This document shows positions 56,737 through 64,000 of a stretch of 64,000 nucleotides of DNA, one piece after another (position 1 is the first letter of the stretch; each line of letters opens with the position of its first letter). The notes under the pieces are model-generated. The model saw only the letters and a program-made list of their open reading frames with translations. It searched no databases and had not been told where the DNA came from. This DNA comes from an uncultured virus (IMG/VR IMGVR_UViG_3300035138_000088). Lineage: Duplodnaviria; Heunggongvirae; Uroviricota; Caudoviricetes. Where the stretch lies: IMG/VR virus record IMGVR_UViG_3300035138_000088; one strand, written 5' to 3'. A program made the position numbers and the translations under genes.

Positions 56737-57755
56737 AATAAAGCAACTCCATTGTCTCTTCTCACGGTCTTTTTGAATGTTTTCAGATTCTCATAACCTA
56801 TGTATGGAACATAATAATAGTCTGCATACCATAAGGCTATAAATTTCTTTGGTATTGTAGGATATGATTTAACACCATCAAGCCAGTTATCTATTAGGAT
56901 TTCTGGGCTATTCACTCCACCCATAGCGCGTACTATTTGAGCCCCAGTAAATCTTGCATTGAACTCAAAAATCTTGATTTCTCCACCAGAACGGAATCCT
57001 TGAACTGATAAGGGACCTACAACGCCAAGTTTGCCAACTATTTTAGCTATCATGAGTTTAAAATCCAAGTCATCTGTTTCTCCGCCATGAATTGTTTTGT
57101 AACTCATACCAAACTTTTTGACTGATTCGGCGCATGTGATTGAAAGTATTTCACCGTCCTTGGCTACTGTAGCCATCGCAGATAATTCTGTCCCATCGAG
57201 CTTTTCTTGAATTATATTTTCGAATCCATGCTCCTTGGAATATTGAATCATATTTTGGAGTTGGAACTGATTTGAACAATCAAAAACCATTCTGCTTCCA
57301 AACCCGCCACGCGGCTTAGTTATGACTGGGAAAGGATTAACATATTTTACATCGCTACCTTTCCATGTTTTCGGATAAGGAAACTTGTTTTCCCTGAGCC
57401 AGTTAGCCAATGCAAATTTGTCCCGTGCCAATTTTAAAACATTGTCTGGCGGCAAAAGGATTTCAGCATCAACCTCATTTTTTCGGAATGAAAGAATTTC
57501 GAGTGGAATATCATGAGCCACTATTATTAAGTCAATATCTTCTTTGGCTACTATTTTGTTTATATCGTCAATCCATTCGCTTACTTCTTTTCTAATCAAA
57601 TAGCCTCTATCTCCGACATATGCTCCTATAAGTAATGGGTCTATGTCAGACGTGATTATGTTATACTTTTGCTTTTTGATATTAGCTAGTCTTAAACATT
57701 TTATGGTTGATAAAGATGCTTGACCAGAACTTCCAACTATCAAAATATTTCTCAT
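56733..57755 (-). CDS. ATP-grasp ligase (CPSase-like, glycan-cluster type)
   Basis: 'DKF', 'P.PKT', 'FP...KPR.G.GS', 'QE.L.G.E', 'FEFNARF.G'. Confidence 0.85.
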   Translation of the reverse strand: MRNILIVGSSGQASLSTIKCLRLANIKKQKYNIITSDIDPLLIGAYVGDRGYLIRKEVSEWIDDINKIVAKEDIDLIIVAHDIPLEILSFRKNEVDAEILLPPDNVLKLARDKFALANWLRENKFPYPKTWKGSDVKYVNPFPVITKPRGGFGSRMVFDCSNQFQLQNMIQYSKEHGFENIIQEKLDGTELSAMATVAKDGEILSITCAESVKKFGMSYKTIHGGETDDLDFKLMIAKIVGKLGVVGPLSVQGFRSGGEIKIFEFNARFTGAQIVRAMGGVNSPEILIDNWLDGVKSYPTIPKKFIALWYADYYYVPYIGYENLKTFKKTVRRDNGVALL

Positions 57756-57756
57756 T

Positions 57757-58989
57757 TTATCCTACCTCTACATATTCCCCATCATCAACTGGTTTTACAA
57801 TATGAGTTCCTTTAACATGTTTTAATTCAAACTTTTTGAGACAGTGTGAACAAGTTACCACATTACAAAATTCCTTTTCAAAATCAGATTTAAGTTCAGT
57901 TATTTTTCTTTTACTCATTTCAAATAAGAAATCGTCTACTGATGTGGAATGACTTTTTATACTATAAAGTTGAAAGAGTTGTAAAGTATTCTTTCGTCGT
58001 CTACCCTGTTTATTATATTGTCTTATAGCTTCCAAACAAGCTTCATGATAGGCTTCTCTGGATATTTCTGGAGACCAAAGCTTCAAAGCAGTTTTTCTAG
58101 CTTCTTTACCCATTTCTTTAGCTAAATCATGGTCTTCAAGTAAGTTGTTAACATAATTAATCATTTCTGTTGGATTGGTGCTTTTAAATCCATTAACGCC
58201 ATGCTCTATTATTCTATCCATCTCCCAGCTTGCATAAACAACTGGTGGCATACCACTCATCATTGCTTCTATTAATCCATCCGTTAAGATTGTTCCAGTA
58301 GCACATTCCAAGTAACATCTATTTAGCTTGTATGCTACAATCATCTCTTCGAATGTAGTAATAGGGGTTCCGAGCCTAAAATCCAATCCATATCTTTTTG
58401 AGTGCGTAAAAGGATGAATTTTATCCCAAATAAATCCGCCGCGTTCCATGTATCTTGCATCATTCTGATTAGGAATACCTATTCGTTCACATGTCCACAT
58501 AGCTTTCTTTACTTCTCCAGTCCAGCCATTATAGATTTCTGGGTCTTGACTCCACGCAATTTTCCCTTTCATTCCATAAAATTCTTTTTGACTTTCGGCT
58601 GAGTAAATACATGGATAATCTCCTATAAGTTTGCTACCATGTTTAGCTAACAGTTCTTTAACTACAGTGTTACATAAGTGGAATTTCCAAACTATAGGTA
58701 TGTCTTGAAGGTATTTTTCCCATACTTCAATTTGTCCAGCGTCTGGAATTAAAATAGCAACGTCGTAATCATCAACATCAATTTCCTTCATACTTTCCCC
58801 GAGCAATTTAACGTTAACTGGCTTTGGTTTTATACATCTTAACCATCTCCAATAGCCATTTGATATTGATAAATCACCTTTAGGTTCTCTTCCGATAATC
58901 CTATTCGTAACATAAAACGTATCATTTGGCATTGATGAAGCCAGTCCAAACATCCAACCGTAATGTGGAATACAAGTTAAAATTTTCAT
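57757..58989 (-). CDS. GT-B (family 4) glycosyltransferase
   Basis: 'LIEAMMSGMP.V', 'I.HG.NG', 'MG..AR'. Confidence 0.8.
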   Translation of the reverse strand: MKILTCIPHYGWMFGLASSMPNDTFYVTNRIIGREPKGDLSISNGYWRWLRCIKPKPVNVKLLGESMKEIDVDDYDVAILIPDAGQIEVWEKYLQDIPIVWKFHLCNTVVKELLAKHGSKLIGDYPCIYSAESQKEFYGMKGKIAWSQDPEIYNGWTGEVKKAMWTCERIGIPNQNDARYMERGGFIWDKIHPFTHSKRYGLDFRLGTPITTFEEMIVAYKLNRCYLECATGTILTDGLIEAMMSGMPPVVYASWEMDRIIEHGVNGFKSTNPTEMINYVNNLLEDHDLAKEMGKEARKTALKLWSPEISREAYHEACLEAIRQYNKQGRRRKNTLQLFQLYSIKSHSTSVDDFLFEMSKRKITELKSDFEKEFCNVVTCSHCLKKFELKHVKGTHIVKPVDDGEYVEVG

Positions 58990-60023
58990 TTTATTGACTC
59001 CACCATTTCTTTGAATTGTAAGCCAGATGTAATCCAATTAAACTTGTCCGCGTAAGCTCTAGCATTATTTTCTTGTTCTTTCCGCAACTTTTCATCGTTA
59101 ATATATTTACATAAAGTTTTCTTGAATTCTTTTCTATTTGTCATAACTATGGCTTTATGTTTTGCATATTCTGGGAAACATTCTAAATTTGAAGTTATAA
59201 CAGTTTTGCCGTGTCCAAGCATATAAGCCAATGATGATTCGCCGATTTTATGCCAATACGTGACCACTCCTAAATCAGCCGCCGACATCCATACGTCTGT
59301 TTCTTCATCGGAAATTAATGGACGAGAAAAGTGTACTCTGGAACTCATACCAAATGTGCTGGCATAATCCAACAAATATTGCTGGGACTCATGAGAGCAC
59401 GGCGTTCCACAAAACAAGGCTTCAGTTCCGTACATTCCAGAAATCCATTTCAACAAGTCGTCATGTCCTTTGGATTTACCATAATAGCCCCATGCTATAA
59501 CCGAATTTGGAAGTCTTTGACCTACAGTTTTTCTGCACTCGGCTTTGTTAAGTTCTACGCCTTGAGTACAAGGAAATCTCCATACTGTCATTTTATCATG
59601 ATATTTCTTTCCACTTTTGCCGAGTGCATTAATCCATTTTTGTCTGTAAAAATCCTGAGATAAAGTAACAAACTCAGAATTCTTTAATATTGTATGTTTT
59701 TGTTCTTCAGTTCTAGGTTCTTCGTTCCAGTTGACACAAAAAATGATTTTCTTTGTTGGGTCAGAAAACACGCTTTCTAGGTCTCTATGAAAAATATAGT
59801 CCCAATAAGATAGGATAATCTTGTTGCTTCGTGCCATCTCTAACCCAAGACGAATCTCATTCTCATTATATTTCTGTCTAATATCGTAAAGGTTGACGAA
59901 ATCAACGTCTAACCCCACAGCTTCTAATCCTTGAATGAAGTTTTTTGGTGGTGGATAGCCCTGAAGTAAACAACCATTCTCGTGGGGAATCCAGTAGCCC
60001 ATAACAGTTACGGTTTCACCCAT
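58986..60023 (-). CDS. GT-B (family 4) glycosyltransferase
   Basis: 'WGY....KG.D.L', 'MSAAD', 'GK.VITS'. Confidence 0.75.
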   Translation of the reverse strand: MGETVTVMGYWIPHENGCLLQGYPPPKNFIQGLEAVGLDVDFVNLYDIRQKYNENEIRLGLEMARSNKIILSYWDYIFHRDLESVFSDPTKKIIFCVNWNEEPRTEEQKHTILKNSEFVTLSQDFYRQKWINALGKSGKKYHDKMTVWRFPCTQGVELNKAECRKTVGQRLPNSVIAWGYYGKSKGHDDLLKWISGMYGTEALFCGTPCSHESQQYLLDYASTFGMSSRVHFSRPLISDEETDVWMSAADLGVVTYWHKIGESSLAYMLGHGKTVITSNLECFPEYAKHKAIVMTNRKEFKKTLCKYINDEKLRKEQENNARAYADKFNWITSGLQFKEMVESIK

Positions 60024-60481
60024 TCTCTGATGTCAACTCCGTTTATTCCATTAGCTCTCAATCGTTCAAGGACATATAGCCTATCTTCGACGAACATATC
60101 TATTCCTAAGCTTTTTGCTGTCTGAATCTTGAATTCAAGCTCTGATGTTTGAATTGTTTCCCTGAAACAAATATGTTTAAAGCCAATCTTTCTTAATAAA
60201 TGTTCCGCCTTTTTACTTTTAGTGGTTCTTCCAGAAATGATGACTGAATCTCGTGGAATCTTGTCTAAAACTTTCCCATTCAAATTAAATGGGAGCCTAG
60301 CTATAATAAACACTATAGCTATTTTTAGTGACCATAACCCAGCTTTACTAAATGGGTCATTAGGTCCTGTGTAACGCATAAAGATTTCAAACGGCTTTGG
60401 GAGCTTATTTAAAACGCCGTCAAAATCAAATGCAAGTTTTATTCTTCCCAACTCCACTTCTTTCCGTGCTCGTTGTACCAA
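60008..60481 (-). CDS. HAD-superfamily phosphatase-like protein
   Basis: 'FDFDGV', 'ISGR', K, 'FVED'. Confidence 0.75.
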   Translation of the reverse strand: MVQRARKEVELGRIKLAFDFDGVLNKLPKPFEIFMRYTGPNDPFSKAGLWSLKIAIVFIIARLPFNLNGKVLDKIPRDSVIISGRTTKSKKAEHLLRKIGFKHICFRETIQTSELEFKIQTAKSLGIDMFVEDRLYVLERLRANGINGVDIREWVKP

Positions 60482-61416
60482 TCAACAGTTCTTTTTAGTC
60501 CTTCCTCGAAAGAAACGAATTCTGTCCCGCCAGTGAGTTTATTGAATAGCGTATTATCGCATAATAATTCATCTACATCGAACGGTCTCAGTTTCTTTTT
60601 GTCTATTATGATTTCATAGTCGTTTTTACCCATAACCTTGGCTATTGTGTCAGCAATTTCTTTCACTGACCAATTTACTCCTCTACCAAAGTTTACGACA
60701 GTTCCTTCCAAGTTTGGTGTTTCCATAAGTTTAATGTGACCCTGTGTTGCGTCGTTAACGAAAGTAAAATCTCGTTTCGCGTAGATGTTGCCTAGACTTA
60801 AAGTGTTTCCTCTGCTGAATTGCGTGATTATCTCTGGGATAATATAAGGCTGGGCTTCTCTTGGTCCAAAACAATTGAATTGTCTTAGAATTATCACTGG
60901 AATGTTTCGTTCTTTCCAGAGGATGAAACAAGCTCTATCGCCAGCGAACTTGGCTAACGCATAAATCGAGTGTGGTGTAGTTGGATGGGATTCGCTCATT
61001 GGATTAACTCTTGCAGTACCATAGACTTCGGAAGTAGAATAATATATTATCCTTTTAACTCTAGCTTTTTGGCACGACTTGAGTACGTGTATTGTTCCAA
61101 GCGTGTTTGTTTCAAACATTATCTCGGGATTCTGGAATCCTTTTGGTATGAAAGGTTCAGCCGCTAGATGGAAACAATAGTCAATTTTGTCACGTTTCAA
61201 TATTTCATCTAGAAGCTCATGGTTCTTTATGTTACCAACGACAAGATTGGCTTTCGTTCCGTCTAGATGAAAACGTTTTCCAGCGCAAAGGTTATCTAAT
61301 ACTGTAACTTCACAATTTATCTTCTCTAATTGGCGAACTAAGGATGAACCTATGAATCCAGCACCGCCAGTCACTAGAACATTCGAACCTTCTACTTTAT
61401 ATGTTTGGTTTTTCAT
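60439..61416 (-). CDS. NAD-dependent nucleotide-sugar epimerase/dehydratase
   Basis: 'TGGAGFIGS', 'HLAA', 'STSEVYG', YxxxK, 'RDFTFV.D'. Confidence 0.92.
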   Translation of the reverse strand: MKNQTYKVEGSNVLVTGGAGFIGSSLVRQLEKINCEVTVLDNLCAGKRFHLDGTKANLVVGNIKNHELLDEILKRDKIDYCFHLAAEPFIPKGFQNPEIMFETNTLGTIHVLKSCQKARVKRIIYYSTSEVYGTARVNPMSESHPTTPHSIYALAKFAGDRACFILWKERNIPVIILRQFNCFGPREAQPYIIPEIITQFSRGNTLSLGNIYAKRDFTFVNDATQGHIKLMETPNLEGTVVNFGRGVNWSVKEIADTIAKVMGKNDYEIIIDKKKLRPFDVDELLCDNTLFNKLTGGTEFVSFEEGLKRTVDWYNEHGKKWSWEE

Positions 61417-62513
61417 TATTCAACAAATCTCCTTGCTAATTCTGCTATTTCTTTTGTTTGTTCTTCACTTAGACCATTCCACATTGGAAGACTAACCACG
61501 TTATCTGCTATCCATTCAGACTCTGGTAAGACTTCGTTTGGAAATATGTCTTTGTAGCATGGTTGTTTATGGACTGGTCTAAAAGTGACTTTTACTTGAA
61601 CGTTGTTTCGCAACATCTTTTCACAAAATTCCGTCTGATTTTTGACAAGCATCCCAAATATAAAATGAGACGGATGTGAAGACTTCGTGGAAGTTTGATA
61701 CTCCACTTTGCTTCCTATTACATCCTGATAAATTTTAGCTCTTTCTGTTCTCTCTTTAACGTATCGGTCAAGCTTTTTTAACTGAACCAATCCAAGAGCC
61801 GCTTGCATTTCAGTCATTCTATAATTATAGCCTATGTTTCTATGGAGATATTCCCAAGATTTCTTTCTGCCCCGATAACCCTGATTTGTTAATGCACACA
61901 TCATTTCATAAAGGTCGTCATCGTTTGTTGTAATTAATCCGCCTTCTCCAGTAGTTATTACTTTTGTTGAGTGTAAACTAAAACAATGAGCATCAGCTTG
62001 GCTACCCACCATTCGTCCCTTGTATGTTGCACCCATAGCTTCAGCCGAATCTGCAATTATAGGTAAATTAAGCTTTCTAAGTTCAGAATAATTAACTGGA
62101 TTGCCGCCGACATCAACTGGCATAACAACATTGATTAATCTTCGTTTTTTCTTGGCTACAGAAATTATGTATTTTTCCATATTCCAAGTTTTTCTGTCTA
62201 TGTCGAAAAGGACTGCACTGCCAATAGTAGCCGCCGCATTTACAGTAGCAATAAATGTGAATGATGGAACACCAATACATAATTCTATGTTCCTATTAAG
62301 ATAAGATTGAGCTTGTATAGCACACATTAAAGCTACGGTTCCATTTGATACTGCTAAAGCATGGTCAACGTTAAGTTTTTGCTGGATTTTTTCTTCGAAC
62401 TCTACTGTAAGTGGACCGTTACCGCCTATCCATGTAGACCTAACAGCATCAGCTACCGCTTGTACTTCTTCTTCTCCTATGTCTGGACGACCCCAAGGTA
62501 TAAATTCTTTCAT
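61416..62513 (-). CDS. DegT/DnrJ/EryC1/StrS sugar aminotransferase
   Basis: 'SNGT.AL', 'P.FTFIAT', 'DSAEA.G', 'FS.H.TKVITTGEGG', 'GYNYRM'. Confidence 0.92.
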   Translation of the reverse strand: MKEFIPWGRPDIGEEEVQAVADAVRSTWIGGNGPLTVEFEEKIQQKLNVDHALAVSNGTVALMCAIQAQSYLNRNIELCIGVPSFTFIATVNAAATIGSAVLFDIDRKTWNMEKYIISVAKKKRRLINVVMPVDVGGNPVNYSELRKLNLPIIADSAEAMGATYKGRMVGSQADAHCFSLHSTKVITTGEGGLITTNDDDLYEMMCALTNQGYRGRKKSWEYLHRNIGYNYRMTEMQAALGLVQLKKLDRYVKERTERAKIYQDVIGSKVEYQTSTKSSHPSHFIFGMLVKNQTEFCEKMLRNNVQVKVTFRPVHKQPCYKDIFPNEVLPESEWIADNVVSLPMWNGLSEEQTKEIAELARRFVE

Positions 62514-63718
62514 CTTAATTTCTCCAATACTGATTTTGGTAAGATTCCTTTCTTAACGAAATCTTCTGGTGAACCATGATTCTCTTTTTGTCCTTCCTTG
62601 CCAACATCTGCATGCAGAACTTTAAGCCAAGGAATGCCCCACACTTTATAACCTTTTTTACGTGCATTTTTGCAAAACTGTAAAGTTGGAGCTGGATTAT
62701 CGAATTCTACCGACTTAAATACGTTTCCCCTTATTATTACCATAGTTCCTACAGAAGCTAACTCGACTGGATTTTTAGAATTTTTATATGGCACGTCATG
62801 TACTGGAAATGGAGTTCCATCCAATAACCTAAAAACATAAGTGTCGAAAAAGTCCTTTTCACGTCCTTCATGCCAAGGATAAGGAGCTACTATATCCAAG
62901 TCAAGTTTTACAAGTTCCATTAGCGTTGACGGTTGAATCTTTAAGATGTCACTATCGCATATTACAACGAAATCTTCGTCTCGGTATGCATTTCGAGCCG
63001 CATTCATAACATCAGCTATCCACATTGAATTTCCTGTTAAATTGTCAAATTTTGGTTCGGCGTAAATTTCGCATTGCCACGTTCTCTTAGAGAAATAATC
63101 TTCTAAGATTGATAGCGTATTATCTCCCGAATCACCAACAATCCATACCCATCTAAGTTTCTCTCTTGGATAATCCACATTTTCCCATGCTTTAATATGA
63201 CGCTTTAAATAATGAGCGTCGCCTTTTGTTGGAGTTACAATAAGAATCTTTGGATACTCTCCAACGTCATGTTTAGGCTCTTCTAAATCATCCTGTACCA
63301 CTGGTACTTCATTATCAAACACTGAAGATACAGCAACAGCAATTATTTTTCTGTTTCTACAATCATCTGGAAGGTTCAAAGCATTTTCAAAATGACATTT
63401 ATTTATTTCAATGTCTACTCTGCCGCAATCTCCCTTATCAATAATTAAGCTTGTTATATTCCTGTTTTTGGCAATTAATGCAGATAACTTTGCCTTCAAA
63501 AAGAAGACTGTCATACTCCCTTTTCCATCCTCAAACATTACTCGTTGTTGAGGAAGAGCGAAAGCAATTTTATTTTCCTTAACAGAAATACATTGACTTT
63601 GACCTTCTATGATTTCAGTTTCAACGTTGAATAATTCAGCTCCTCTGAACTCAACATCAGCCCAGTCCGAAGTTACCTCAATGATACACTCGAATGGTTT
63701 GAAATCACTCATGTTCAA
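62510..63718 (-). CDS. GT-A glycosyltransferase with N-terminal extra domain
   Basis: 'IVTP', 'DSGDNT', 'CDSD', 'SVGT', 'FC..AR..G..VW'. Confidence 0.75.
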   Translation of the reverse strand: MNMSDFKPFECIIEVTSDWADVEFRGAELFNVETEIIEGQSQCISVKENKIAFALPQQRVMFEDGKGSMTVFFLKAKLSALIAKNRNITSLIIDKGDCGRVDIEINKCHFENALNLPDDCRNRKIIAVAVSSVFDNEVPVVQDDLEEPKHDVGEYPKILIVTPTKGDAHYLKRHIKAWENVDYPREKLRWVWIVGDSGDNTLSILEDYFSKRTWQCEIYAEPKFDNLTGNSMWIADVMNAARNAYRDEDFVVICDSDILKIQPSTLMELVKLDLDIVAPYPWHEGREKDFFDTYVFRLLDGTPFPVHDVPYKNSKNPVELASVGTMVIIRGNVFKSVEFDNPAPTLQFCKNARKKGYKVWGIPWLKVLHADVGKEGQKENHGSPEDFVKKGILPKSVLEKLR

Positions 63719-63753
63719 TCACTAATATATAAGACCAATTAGATTTATAATTG

Positions 63754-63999
63754 TTATCCTTTCTCTAATTTATCTAATCGTTTCTTGATGGAGTTTATTT
63801 TAGCATAGATGTCTTTTATATACTTATACAACGATGTAACGTATTTGAATCGAGCGAAAGTTTTTCCTTTAAGACGCTTCTCAAGAACTTCAACCCTCTT
63901 TTTTAAATCATCAACTTCCAATTGAAGTTCACTTTTAGGCTCAGGTTTAGGTTCTTCTACTAGTTTTTTTTGTATTACTTTCCGCTTTTTCTGGTTCGA
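63754..63999 (-). CDS. coiled-coil protein, 3' part only
   Basis: Hand-translated ...KPEPKSELQLEVDDLKKRVEVLEKR...LEKG*. Confidence 0.6.
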   Translation of the reverse strand, partial: SNQKKRKVIQKKLVEEPKPEPKSELQLEVDDLKKRVEVLEKRLKGKTFARFKYVTSLYKYIKDIYAKINSIKKRLDKLEKG

Positions 64000-64000
64000 T

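Noticed and set aside
26521..62579. Numerous + strand ORFs antisense to long - strand genes (e.g. 35687-36235, 40661-41149, 52093-52893)
   Set aside because: Shadow ORFs of well-supported genes.
1..64000. CRISPR or other regularly spaced repeat array, transposase, integrase, rRNA, alternative genetic code
   Set aside because: None seen; the only spaced repeat has two units (44117-44245), and genes pack well under the standard code.

Overview
This 64 kb window is most likely part of a large tailed virus (or virus-like element) of an archaeon, probably from the TACK lineage (Bathyarchaeia/Nitrososphaeria-like). Support: dense small orphan ORFs, dozens of BRE+TATA promoters with GGTG(A) Shine-Dalgarno sites, a PolB1-type polymerase, a single-OB SSB, an AF_0795-type KaiC ATPase and a probable portal with structural genes. 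Layout: (1) a strongly strand-skewed non-coding divergence point at ~1.9-2.8 kb; (2) a + strand early/host-takeover arm (2.8-25.8 kb) with a short inverted island and at least five promoter-driven structured non-coding RNA candidates, one tRNA-like; (3) a - strand arm (25.8-64 kb). The - arm carries an unannotated stand-alone LysW carrier protein, a cobalamin adenosyltransferase plus class II RNR, a class II CCA enzyme plus RNA ligase, macro/GNAT/SSB genes, a 643-aa TerD-like gene led by two tandem covarying RNA hairpins, structural genes, and an ~13 kb glycan cluster interrupted by the DNA polymerase. Several restriction sites (GATC, GGCC, CCGG, CCWGG, GCWGC) appear to be purged. All calls come from reading motifs and base-pairing by eye; no searches or folding programs were run.
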